This document shows, in pieces, positions 1 to 8,735 of a stretch of 42,863 bases of DNA (positions within the stretch are counted from its first letter, which is position 1; the number at the start of each line of letters is the position of its first letter). Source of the stretch: Blastocatellia bacterium (GTDB taxonomy: Bacteria > Acidobacteriota > Blastocatellia > RBC074); assembly GCA_031371805.1 (NCBI GenBank), contig JANMKB010000163.1, positions 1 through 42,863 on the forward strand. The letters run 5' to 3'. The notes under the pieces were generated by a model, which was not told the DNA's origin, did no database searches, and saw only the letters and a program-made list of their open reading frames with translations. A program made the position numbers and the translations under genes.

Positions 1-1
1 G

Positions 2-934
2 CTGGACGATTATCTGAAACAGTATGGCATCGTCGGTATTTCAGAAATTGACACACGCGCCCTCGTGCGTCACATCCGCGAAAAAGGCGCGATGCGGGCT
101 TGTATCTCTTCCGTTGACCTCGACGAAAAAAGCCTGATCGCCAAAGCACAGGCGGCTCCATCAATGCTGGGACGAAATTTAGTTGATGAAGTCACGTGCG
201 GAGACAGTTATGAATGGTCAGAAAAAATTGATGCGCAGGGCGGAGAAAAATTGCCCTGCACAGAGAAACTCGACGAAGCCGCCGTTCATTTTACCCCCAA
301 CGAAGCGCTGGAAATGAGCGGCACAATCAACACCGAACCCTTTCATGTAGTCGCTTACGATTTCGGCATCAAGTATTACATCCTGCGCTATCTGGCGGCA
401 CTTGGTTGCCGCGTGACCGTAGTCCCAGCACGCACTTCAGCCGCCGATGTAGTGGCGCTAAATCCCGATGGAGTCTTTTTATCAAACGGCCCCGGCGATC
501 CGGCAGCGTTGCAACCAATCATTGACGAAATCAAAAAGCTGGTTGGCACGACGCCGATGTTTGGTATTTGTTTAGGGCATCAGCTTTTGGGATCAGCCTT
601 TGGCGGCACAACTTTCAAATTAAAATTCGGACATCGCGGCGGTAACCAGCCGATCAAAAATACGCGGACAGAAAAAATCGAAATCGCCGCGCATAATCAC
701 GGCTTCGCAGTTGATCCGAACAGCCTGAATCAGGACGAAATCGAATTGACGCACTGGAACATTAATGACCATACCTTAGCCGGAATTCGTCATCGGACGC
801 TGCCTGTATTTTCTGTGCAATATCATCCCGAAGCCGGCCCCGGCCCACACGATTCCGCTTACTTGTTTCATGAATTTATTGGCGATATGAAAGCATACCG
901 CGATGGCGTGAAGCAAAAGGGGCAGGGACAATAA
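2..934 (+). CDS. carA: Carbamoyl-phosphate synthase small (glutamine amidotransferase) subunit; 5' end lies outside the window
   Basis: The frame is open from position 2 ([29 protein letters not shown]). Class-I GATase motifs are present: [12 protein letters not shown] (nucleophile Cys) and [11 protein letters not shown]. The listed GTG at 65 is internal. Confidence 0.9.
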   Translation: MDDYLKQYGIVGISEIDTRALVRHIREKGAMRACISSVDLDEKSLIAKAQAAPSMLGRNLVDEVTCGDSYEWSEKIDAQGGEKLPCTEKLDEAAVHFTPNEALEMSGTINTEPFHVVAYDFGIKYYILRYLAALGCRVTVVPARTSAADVVALNPDGVFLSNGPGDPAALQPIIDEIKKLVGTTPMFGICLGHQLLGSAFGGTTFKLKFGHRGGNQPIKNTRTEKIEIAAHNHGFAVDPNSLNQDEIELTHWNINDHTLAGIRHRTLPVFSVQYHPEAGPGPHDSAYLFHEFIGDMKAYRDGVKQKGQGQ

Positions 935-1013
935 AAATTATTGGAGAGCTAAAAATTCTTGTCAGGATTCTTTGTCAGGTTTATAAACCAGAGTAAAGGC
1001 GGAGGAACATTCG

Positions 1014-1283
1014 ATGGACACAATTGAATTCAAGACACTCTTCAATTTCCTGGACTGGCTCTTTCCCGTAATATTGTTCGTTCAGGAGCTACAAGCTTTT
1101 TCCCTAAAAAAAGACAGCGTACTCAAGCGGTATCATCTGTCAGGCGTGTTGCTTGCTGTTTGGCTGATTATCAAAATAGGTGCAAGTCATCCATTCAACC
1201 AGACCATTTTTACGGGACTGTTACTATTTTTCCTGATTATCATTGAATTAGGAATCACGAAGAAGCGGTCACTGATTAGATAA
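1014..1283 (+). CDS. Small hypothetical membrane protein (about 3 hydrophobic segments)
   Basis: 89-aa ORF with a GGAGG 8-12 nt upstream of the ATG and hydrophobic helices. I recognise no family. Confidence 0.45.
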   Translation: MDTIEFKTLFNFLDWLFPVILFVQELQAFSLKKDSVLKRYHLSGVLLAVWLIIKIGASHPFNQTIFTGLLLFFLIIIELGITKKRSLIR

Positions 1284-1287
1284 ATAG

Positions 1288-1692
1288 TTACTTTGATTTT
1301 TTGATTTTGATACTACCTGCACAAACATCTCCTTCCTGTACACCATCTGTCCATTGCTTCAATTGCTTGATTCTCGTTTTCAAAAGTTCGTTCATTTCCT
1401 CGCAACGGCACATTTTATTGATTGAACCGTAAACGGCTGGAGAAGGGTCAGGATAGTGAGATTCTATCTGTGCATCCGAGAAGGCAAGCCACGCACGTTG
1501 TGCTGCACGAAATTTTGTAATGAACAATTTATCGTTACGATATTCAACCAGAATTCTTTGATAAAGTTTGTTCAGTTGCGCATCTGATTTTTTATAGCTC
1601 GCACAAAAATCTTCGTCAGACGTTGCCTGTGGCTGTACGCTGCGATTGAATCCAAATGCCAATAACAACACTACGAACAGAATAGCTTTCAT
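1288..1692 (-). CDS. Secreted DUF1311 / LprI-like (lysozyme-inhibitor-like) protein
   Basis: N-terminal signal peptide (MKAILFVVLLLAFG). DUF1311-type pattern: Cys..LNKLYQ...FRAAQRAWLAFSDAQ...Cys. It starts 21 nt downstream of the DUF58 gene on the same strand. Confidence 0.6.
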   Translation of the reverse strand: MKAILFVVLLLAFGFNRSVQPQATSDEDFCASYKKSDAQLNKLYQRILVEYRNDKLFITKFRAAQRAWLAFSDAQIESHYPDPSPAVYGSINKMCRCEEMNELLKTRIKQLKQWTDGVQEGDVCAGSIKIKKSK

Positions 1693-1713
1693 AAAATTCC
1701 CCAGAGTACTTTT

Positions 1714-3144
1714 TTACAAATCATCAAAATAAACCACGTGGGCGCTGCGCCAGATACTTGCCGGGATTGAACCGCGCACAGCAGGCGTAATGAGGATTTT
1801 GAATTCGTCATCGGCTAAGGTGGGCATTCGGTCGAGCAAGCTCCATGCGGCTAAATCGCTCCTCAGCTTTTCATCTTTTTTCGTTTGCTCAGTTGGCGCT
1901 GGCGTGAGCGGCGCAATTTTTGCCAATTGTCGCAGCATCTCGTAGCGGTGATCGTTATCGCGTCCAAAGTCTGAATCATAATCGTTGAGAATCATTCTGA
2001 CCTCGGCACCTTCGTCCAAAAAATGTGTCAGCAAACTCGCGGCAAAGGTTACGGCCCGCTCAAATTGATCGTTGAAGTTGGGCGGCTTTTCTTTGCCTGC
2101 TTCAGCTTCAGGAGGGCTAACAGCTTGCCCTATATCAAACGCATCCAGCGCAATCGTCACGCGCCAATCGTCATCACGCGTAAATTCGCGCACCATCAAT
2201 CTCGTTGTTTTGGCGGTCGCTTTCCAATCAACGTAGCGCGGATGATCGCTCGGCACATATTTACGAATCGCATACAAATCGCTGCCCGTGCCTTTCAACT
2301 CGCTTTCCATTTGCCCATGCGTGAGCGGCAGCAAATGATAAGAATCGTCGAGCGCCTGGGGACGCGGATAGACGACAACTTCGCCACTGGCTTCGACAAA
2401 CCGCCGCCGTTCCACAAATCCAAAGGGGAAGCGTGTGCGCACCATAAAGCCGCGCACCGGATAAACGCCGCGTTTGTCGAACGTACGGATGACGCGAATT
2501 TTGGCTTTGGTTTTGGCGGGCAGGATGGGGAAAAAAGCCAGGTCGCCAAGCGATTGTTCATTAACGCCAGCAGTCTTTTTTGCTTTTTTCAAAGCTTTAC
2601 GATTGGATTGATCGGTCGCCGCAATGGTCAGCGAAAACGAAGGCATCAACCGCTTTTCGTTATTCAGCGTGACTTCCAAATGTGTCGGATCACCGGCGAA
2701 AATATGATCGGGAAAGCGCAATGCGACGCTGACATTGCCGATGCTTAACCGCGAAGCGACGCCGGAAAGCACCATCGTTGCCATTAAAGACGCCAGCACC
2801 ATGTACAACAAATTATTTCCGGTGCTGACCGCCGCAATCGCAACAATCAAAATGAACGCGCAAAACAACCAGCCCGCGCTCATCACATTCATCGCCAAGC
2901 CGGATTGCAAATACTCCAACCGCACATTACGCGCCAACCTCGGCACAACGTAAAGCATGATCCCGACGGATAACCCAAGCGCAATTTTTGACGTGAGCGA
3001 AGCCATTTCGTAATCGCCCGTTTGTGCGGCAGCAGCGGAAATAAAAGCCATGCCGATGGCGCTGCAAATCAGCAGGAAAGAGATGAGGAGAAATTTGACG
3101 AATTGTTTGTCGCGGAAGAAATTCATGGAGGAAGCAAAAATCAA
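1714..3144 (-). CDS. DUF58 domain protein with N-terminal transmembrane region (MoxR partner)
   Basis: DUF58 signature GTGSDLYAIRKYVPSDHPRYVDWKATAKTTRLMVREF. Its start overlaps the moxR stop (ATGA overlap at 3141-3144), suggesting translational coupling. Confidence 0.8.
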   Translation of the reverse strand: MIFASSMNFFRDKQFVKFLLISFLLICSAIGMAFISAAAAQTGDYEMASLTSKIALGLSVGIMLYVVPRLARNVRLEYLQSGLAMNVMSAGWLFCAFILIVAIAAVSTGNNLLYMVLASLMATMVLSGVASRLSIGNVSVALRFPDHIFAGDPTHLEVTLNNEKRLMPSFSLTIAATDQSNRKALKKAKKTAGVNEQSLGDLAFFPILPAKTKAKIRVIRTFDKRGVYPVRGFMVRTRFPFGFVERRRFVEASGEVVVYPRPQALDDSYHLLPLTHGQMESELKGTGSDLYAIRKYVPSDHPRYVDWKATAKTTRLMVREFTRDDDWRVTIALDAFDIGQAVSPPEAEAGKEKPPNFNDQFERAVTFAASLLTHFLDEGAEVRMILNDYDSDFGRDNDHRYEMLRQLAKIAPLTPAPTEQTKKDEKLRSDLAAWSLLDRMPTLADDEFKILITPAVRGSIPASIWRSAHVVYFDDL

Positions 3145-4094
3145 ATCGGCACAGGCACATTTTTCACAATTTCGGTCAACACGGCATCGGCCTCTTCACC
3201 CTTCCGCAGGCGTGACGAATAGCGCGAATTGATGATGATGCGATGGCTGAACACGGGCACGACTAAACGTTTGATGTCATCGGCTAAGCAATAATCACGG
3301 TCTTCGGAAAGCGCATAGGCTTGCGCCGCACGATACAACGCCAGCGAACCACGCGGGCTGATGCCCAGATCAAGTAATTCCGATTGCCGGGTCGCCGCAA
3401 CAATTTTCATCAGATAATCAAGCAATGAATCGTCAACCTTGACGCGGCGCGCTTCGGCCTGTAAATCCATCACATCTTCGGCACTCATTACCGGAGAAAT
3501 TTCGTCAATCGGATGCCCCAGCGTTTGGCTGCGCAAAATTCGTTTTTCGTCCTCAGCCGCCGGATAACCCATTCTAATGCGCATTAAAAAACGATCAAGC
3601 TGAGATTCAGGCAGCGGATATGTGCCGTGATGCTCAATCGGGTTCTGGGTCGCCAACACTAAAAACGGGCGCGGCAGATCATACGTCTGATTTTCAATGG
3701 TGACGCGGCCCTCAGCCATCGCTTCCAGCAGGCTGCTCTGCGTTTTCGGCGTCGTGCGATTGATTTCATCCGCCAGCACAATGTTGGCGAAAATCGGCCC
3801 CGGTTGAAAATCGAAGCGACTGGTTTGCTGATTGAAAATTGAGACGCCGAGAATGTCCGAAGGCAGTAAATCGCTGGTAAATTGCACGCGTTGAAAGCTG
3901 CAATCCAGAGCGCGGGCGACGGTCTGCGCCAGCGTAGTTTTGCCGACGCCGGGTACATCCTCAAGCAACAGATGTCCGCCCGCCAACAGCGCCACAACTG
4001 CCAGATGGACTGCTTCCTGTTTGCCTCGGATAACGGTTTCGATGGTGCGTTGCAAATCCTGCAAACGCGCAGTGGTCGTGGTGCTGGTAATCAA
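3141..4094 (-). CDS. moxR: MoxR-family AAA+ ATPase
   Basis: Walker A GVGKT, Walker B VLADEINR, and typical MoxR length and C-terminal lid. TTG start is preceded by GGAG. Confidence 0.9.
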   Translation of the reverse strand: MITSTTTTARLQDLQRTIETVIRGKQEAVHLAVVALLAGGHLLLEDVPGVGKTTLAQTVARALDCSFQRVQFTSDLLPSDILGVSIFNQQTSRFDFQPGPIFANIVLADEINRTTPKTQSSLLEAMAEGRVTIENQTYDLPRPFLVLATQNPIEHHGTYPLPESQLDRFLMRIRMGYPAAEDEKRILRSQTLGHPIDEISPVMSAEDVMDLQAEARRVKVDDSLLDYLMKIVAATRQSELLDLGISPRGSLALYRAAQAYALSEDRDYCLADDIKRLVVPVFSHRIIINSRYSSRLRKGEEADAVLTEIVKNVPVPI

Positions 4095-4498
4095 GTTGAC
4101 TCCGCGAAATCTAGTGGATAATTCAAAGGGGCGAGCAACAGGCTAAAATCTTTGCCTGCCTGTCTTGACCAGAGGAATTTAGCACAAATCTTCCAGCAGC
4201 GGCAATCAAGTAATAAATCTGAAAAGTTGTTTTCTGTGGGTTGCCAAATATTCCAGTGGATTGCCAACTGTTCCACCAGCTTTCCCAACCTTTACATTCT
4301 GGCAATACACGGATGAAAATGCTGGTGATCAACCCCATCAGGTTCCAGGGATTGGACGCTGTGACCGCAATAAATTTAACGGCGATATTGACGGACTGAA
4401 ACGACTTTGGGGAATTAGTTAAATAGACTTGTTGCGATGAGAAAGAGCTTGTTTTTCCTGGACTTGCCTCTTTTGGCAGACATTGCTAAAAGAGCCTT

Positions 4499-5080
4499 AT
4501 GAAACTACAAATCGCCGACCTCAGCACCGAACGAAAGGGGCGTGCGACCACAGGTACGACTCCCGCCAAGTTGGAGAAGTTACGCTGTTTGGTTACGACT
4601 AGCTCCGTGGAACTCTATGGTCAAACCGTAGCATAACGCCTGGCTGAGAGTTGCCAGACGCCGAGCTTACAGTCCGAGCAAGAGTTACGCTACTTTACGT
4701 TGTGGAGCTTGAAAGCCGGGTTGACTTATGACCTCCTGGGCTTCGTTGGCGGTTTGGATGGTTCCAATGCACAACGCAATCAACAACCGCTTTACAGGTT
4801 CTGGAACACGCGTTAGTGGCGGCGCAAGGTTTCCCCGCACGGACTTTTGCCAGTGCGGAAGCGTTCGCCGCTTACTTCCAACAAGAGGAAGAGGGCGTCG
4901 AGCAACGTGTGCAACGCCCCTGTCAACACGCGGTGCAAAAGGATTTTTACTCAGGAAAAAAAAGTGCCACCCAATCAAAGCCCTGGCGGTGAGTAACGCG
5001 CAACGGTTCCGCTTGTCCTGGAGCGAGTGGGGGCGTGGGTGCTGTTTCTACCCCCGTATTCGCCTGACCTCAATCCGAAT
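4499..5080 (+). mobile_element. Degraded transposase remnants: the N-terminal half of a Harbinger/PIF-like (HTH_Tnp_4 + DDE_Tnp_4, IS5 superfamily) gene with stops and frameshifts, followed by a 14-aa IS630/Tc1-mariner (DDE_3) tail fragment
   Basis: My own translation gives MKLQIADLSTER...YGQTVA, then an in-frame TAA at 4634. It continues ...ELRYFTLWSLKAGLTYDLLGFVGGLDGSNAQRNQQ up to a TAG at 4814. After a frame change it reads VLEHALVAAQGFPARTF..EQRVQRP..QKDFYSGKK. A second frame change at the A8 run (4956-4963) gives KKKCHPIKAL. VLFLPPYSPDLNPN lies at 5040-5080. Confidence 0.65.
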
Positions 5081-5521
5081 ACTGCTACCGACCAGCCCGA
5101 CTACCAAAATTTTCTTGGCATTACAGCCGAAAATTCTTTAAAACCTAATCCTGTTGCAAAATCAAAACTTAATGAACTTAAAGAACTAATGATTTGGCTA
5201 TTTGGAAGTAAAGCTGAAAATAAACAGCCTGTTGTAAAAAGCCAGAATCCCGATTTAAATCGTTTACGAGAGGTTATCAGTCAACCCAGGGACTTAGCTG
5301 CTTTACGGGCGGGAATTTCTTTAGACAGATCGCATGAAATTGCAAGAGGCGATCAGCAAAGATTTGAGGATGCAATCATTAGAGCTAAAGATGATTTAGT
5401 TGACGCTAATGGAACTGTAACTCTTGGCTATAAGGGTGATGATGAACTATATAAAACAATCAAGGAAATCGCTAAACTTGTTCAGAATCTAACTGATTCA
5501 ATAGAAAAAAAGCGAAAATAA
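5027..5521 (+). CDS. Orphan ORF of unknown function. The listed N-terminus is a chimera with the IS630 tail fragment, so this is probably the 3' part of a disrupted gene.
   Basis: AT-rich 164-codon ORF. Only residues after about 5090 look like an independent protein (…NPDLNRLREVISQPRDLAALRAGISLDRSHEI…). I recognise no family and see no clear own start or RBS. Confidence 0.3.
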   Translation: MGAWVLFLPPYSPDLNPNTATDQPDYQNFLGITAENSLKPNPVAKSKLNELKELMIWLFGSKAENKQPVVKSQNPDLNRLREVISQPRDLAALRAGISLDRSHEIARGDQQRFEDAIIRAKDDLVDANGTVTLGYKGDDELYKTIKEIAKLVQNLTDSIEKKRK

Positions 5522-5536
5522 CCACAGCCAATAAAT

Positions 5537-5755
5537 ATGCCATCCTTGCCTTTGCCCGATGAACCGACAAATGAATTAAAGCTTGCCGATTGGCTTGAAA
5601 TTTATGCACTGATTTCTCAGGATGAAAACGCTAGCCTTAGAGATTTAGAAAAAGCACTAAAGGTTTCTGCTGTTTTTGAGGCACAAGGGAGAAATGCGAT
5701 TGAGGAAAAATGCCTGGAAGTTTTCTCTGAGTTGGCGCAACGCGTAATTGCTACA
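5537..5755 (+). pseudogene. 5' fragment (about 73 codons) of an unknown gene, cut off where the convergent NAD(P)H-binding gene begins
   Basis: The ORF 5537-6001 begins MPSLPLPDEPTNELKLADWLEIYALISQDENASLRDLEKAL. From about 5751 it merely runs antisense through the well-supported minus-strand gene. Confidence 0.3.
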
Positions 5756-6425
5756 GGAGATGCCTACCCTTTTTTCCAATCTCCTGAATCTGATCCGATT
5801 CATACACATTCACGCCTTCTGTTTTCGCCTTCGCAATTTTACTCATCGCCGCAGCCACAGCACGTGCTTCGATGGCGCCATATTTTCTTAATCCGCCGAT
5901 TAAGAAAAACGATAAGGCTTTGGCTACTGGTTCGGCAAGGCGTTCGCCTAAGCGGAATTCGGAGCGTTCTCCGAGCAACAACGATGGGCGAAAAATGCTG
6001 ACGCTGGTGAAATTCAGCGCGGAGACTGCGGCTTCGATTTCACCTTTGACGCGGTTGTAAAAGACGGGAGATTTTGCGTCGGCTCCGAGCGAAGATACCA
6101 GCAAAAATTGCGTAGCTCCATTGCTCGCGGCAAGCTTTGCGGCTTCGTGCGCGTAGGTGAAATCTACCTTGCGAAACGCTTCCTGCGAGCCTGCTTTTTT
6201 GATCGTGGTGCCGAGGCAACAAAACATGTCATCGGCTTTCAGCAAATGCGCAAACTCCTGTAGCCGATCAAAATCTACGCTGTGCTGCGTGAGTTTGGGA
6301 TGCGTCATTGGCAATGGTTTGCGGACGAGTGCGATGACTTGATCGTAAGCGTCGTCGCGCAAAAGTAAATCGAGGCAATGCCCGCCCGTAAGGCCGCTGG
6401 CTCCGAGTAATAAGGCTGTTCGCAT
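5751..6425 (-). CDS. NAD(P)H-binding atypical SDR (HTATIP2/YbjT-like oxidoreductase)
   Basis: N-terminal Rossmann motif LLLGASGLTGGH and family-typical LVSSLGA...YNRVKGE. Confidence 0.8.
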   Translation of the reverse strand: MRTALLLGASGLTGGHCLDLLLRDDAYDQVIALVRKPLPMTHPKLTQHSVDFDRLQEFAHLLKADDMFCCLGTTIKKAGSQEAFRKVDFTYAHEAAKLAASNGATQFLLVSSLGADAKSPVFYNRVKGEIEAAVSALNFTSVSIFRPSLLLGERSEFRLGERLAEPVAKALSFFLIGGLRKYGAIEARAVAAAMSKIAKAKTEGVNVYESDQIQEIGKKGRHLL

Positions 6426-6482
6426 TTAGTTTCCCTTAAAATCAATGTAAGCTACTCAACTATTCTGACTGCGAGATTGATT

Positions 6483-8609
6483 ATGAATAAACCAATCACA
6501 ATTACAATTATTGCTCTTATCACCCTGCTGAATATTTCCGTTATGGCGCAAAAAATTGATTATCCCAAAGCAAAAAAAGTTGACCAGACTGATGATTATC
6601 ACGGCACGAAAATTAATGATCCGTATCGCTGGCTGGAAAATCCCGATGCGCCGGAATCACGTGCATGGATTGAAGCGCAGAACAAATTAACATTCGGATT
6701 TCTTGCGCAAATTCCTGAGCGTACAAAAATTAAAGATCGTCTGACGAAGCTCTGGAATTACGAAAAATATTCTGCGCCGTTCAAGGAAAACAAGCGGTAC
6801 TTTTTTTACAAGAACGATGGGCTCCAAAATCAAAATGTCTTGTACACAACGGACTCGCTCGAAAGTACGCTGCAAGTTTTGCTTGATCCAAACCTGCTTT
6901 CTAAAGACGGCACGGTAGCCTTGTCAGGAACGGCGATCAGTCACGATGGAAATTTAATGGCGTACAGTTTGTCTTCCGCCGGATCGGACTGGCAGGAATG
7001 GAAGGTGCGTGACGTTTTGACAGGCAAAGATTTGGACGATCATTTGCAGTGGTCGAAATTTTCCGGCGCAGCCTGGACGCCTGATAACAAAGGCTTTTAT
7101 TACAGTCGCTACGATGAACCGAACGAAAAAACCAAGCTCGAAGACGCGAATTATTTTCAGAAACTTTACTACCATCGTATCGGTACGAAGCAATCCGCAG
7201 ATGCGCTGATTTACGAACGCAAGGATCAAAAACAATGGGGCTTCGGCGGCGCAGTCAGCGAAGATGGACGATATTTAATCATCAACGTTTGGCGGGGAAC
7301 TGATCCGAAAAATCTGTTATTTTATCAAGACCTCAAAACGAAAAATTCAAAGGTCGTAGAGCTAATCAAAGACTTCGAAGCGTCATATAGCTTCATCGGA
7401 AATGATGGCGCAGTCTTTTATTTTCGGACTGATTTGAAAGCTTCGCGCGGGAAAATTATTGCGATTGATACGAATAAACCTGAGCGCAAAAACTGGAAGG
7501 AAATCATCGCGGAATCCGCCGAAACCATTGATGGCGAAAGCGGCGTCAGCTTCGTCAACAATCAATTTATTGTTCCTTACCTGAAAGATGCGCGTTCGCA
7601 AATTAAGATTTTTGAAGTAGGCGGCAAGCTCGTTCGTGAAGTCGAATTGCCGGACATCGGTACGGCTTCGGGTTTTGCTGGCAAGCGCAAAGATAAGGAA
7701 ACATTTTACGCTTTCACCGGATTTACTGCGCCGACTACGATTTATCGTTGTGATTTGGTAACGGGGAAATCTTCAGTTTTTCGCGCTCCAAAAGTGGATT
7801 TCAATCCGAACGATTACGAAACGAAACAGATTTTTTACGCCAGCAAAGACGGGACGAAAGTGCCGATGTTTATTACTCATAAAAAAGGTTTGAAGCTGGA
7901 CGGGAATAATCCGACTTACCTTTATGGCTACGGTGGATTCAACGTTTCGCTGACTCCGGCGTTCTCGATTTCCAATTTGGTTTGGATGGAAATGGGCGGC
8001 GTTTATGCGCAACCGAATTTGCGCGGCGGTGGCGAGTACGGCGAAGACTGGCATCAGGCGGGAATGAAATTGAAAAAGCAAAATGTTTTTGATGATTTCG
8101 TCGCAGCGGCGGAGTGGTTGCTTGCGAACAAATATACTTCAACTCCGAAGCTCGCAATTGGCGGCGGCAGCAACGGCGGCTTATTGGTGGGTGCCTGTAT
8201 GACGCAACGCCCTGATTTATTTGGCGCGGCATTGCCTGCGGTTGGCGTTATGGACATGTTGCGCTTTCAAAAATTTACGATTGGCTGGGCCTGGACTTCG
8301 GATTACGGCTCATCTGAAAATGCTGAAGATTTCAAAGCGTTATTCGCGTATTCGCCACTGCACAACATCAGGCCAAACACGGCGTATCCGCCAACGATGG
8401 TCACAACTGCGGATCACGATGATCGCGTCGTCCCGGCGCACAGCTTCAAATTTGCTGCAACGATGCAAGCCGCGCAAGCCGGAGCGAATCCAATTCTGAT
8501 TCGGATTGAAACGGATGCCGGACACGGCGCAGGAAAACCAACAACCAAAGTTATTGAAGAAGTTGCGGATCGGTGGGGATTTTTGGTGAAGGTTTTGCAG
8601 ATGAAATAA
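6483..8609 (+). CDS. Prolyl oligopeptidase (peptidase S9A), secreted
   Basis: Signal-like N-terminus, N-terminal DDYHGTKINDPYRWLE, beta-propeller region, catalytic GGSNGGLLVGA Ser motif, and DHDDRV and GHG motifs. I prefer the ATG at 6483 over the TTG at 6477. Confidence 0.9.
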   Translation: MNKPITITIIALITLLNISVMAQKIDYPKAKKVDQTDDYHGTKINDPYRWLENPDAPESRAWIEAQNKLTFGFLAQIPERTKIKDRLTKLWNYEKYSAPFKENKRYFFYKNDGLQNQNVLYTTDSLESTLQVLLDPNLLSKDGTVALSGTAISHDGNLMAYSLSSAGSDWQEWKVRDVLTGKDLDDHLQWSKFSGAAWTPDNKGFYYSRYDEPNEKTKLEDANYFQKLYYHRIGTKQSADALIYERKDQKQWGFGGAVSEDGRYLIINVWRGTDPKNLLFYQDLKTKNSKVVELIKDFEASYSFIGNDGAVFYFRTDLKASRGKIIAIDTNKPERKNWKEIIAESAETIDGESGVSFVNNQFIVPYLKDARSQIKIFEVGGKLVREVELPDIGTASGFAGKRKDKETFYAFTGFTAPTTIYRCDLVTGKSSVFRAPKVDFNPNDYETKQIFYASKDGTKVPMFITHKKGLKLDGNNPTYLYGYGGFNVSLTPAFSISNLVWMEMGGVYAQPNLRGGGEYGEDWHQAGMKLKKQNVFDDFVAAAEWLLANKYTSTPKLAIGGGSNGGLLVGACMTQRPDLFGAALPAVGVMDMLRFQKFTIGWAWTSDYGSSENAEDFKALFAYSPLHNIRPNTAYPPTMVTTADHDDRVVPAHSFKFAATMQAAQAGANPILIRIETDAGHGAGKPTTKVIEEVADRWGFLVKVLQMK

Positions 8610-8616
8610 TAGGGCG

Positions 8617-8719
8617 GTTCGACAAGGCTGCCAGCTTGTCGAACCCCTGGCACAGTAACAGCTTGTGATAAAAACTGCGGGGCCGTAAATCTACCGACAA
8701 GCTGGCAGCCTTGTCGAAC
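8617..8719. repeat. Inverted pair of a self-complementary 24-28-nt REP-like unit between convergent genes
   Basis: 8617-8644 is GTTCGACAAG-GCTGCCAG-CTTGTCGAAC (10-bp stem). 8696-8719 is its exact reverse complement over 24 nt. The two copies are 51 nt apart. Confidence 0.75.
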
Positions 8720-8735
8720 ATTTTCAAAAAACTAA

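Noticed and set aside
2023-2748. 241-aa plus-strand ORF, plus several shorter ORFs in 2295-3232
   Set aside because: It lies entirely antisense to the well-supported DUF58 gene. It is an Arg-rich shadow translation with no RBS or recognisable domain.
4091-4415. Open minus-strand frame (71-aa and 65-aa listed ORFs, Trp-rich) just upstream of moxR
   Set aside because: There is no Shine-Dalgarno before the ATG at 4338, no recognisable family, and it lies in the decayed IS scar. It could be a gene remnant, but I cannot support a call.
5756-6001. 3' two-thirds of the ORF 5537-6001
   Set aside because: This part overlaps the NAD(P)H-binding gene on the opposite strand and has a low-complexity Ser/Pro/Arg composition. 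Only the first 73 codons or so look like genuine coding sequence.
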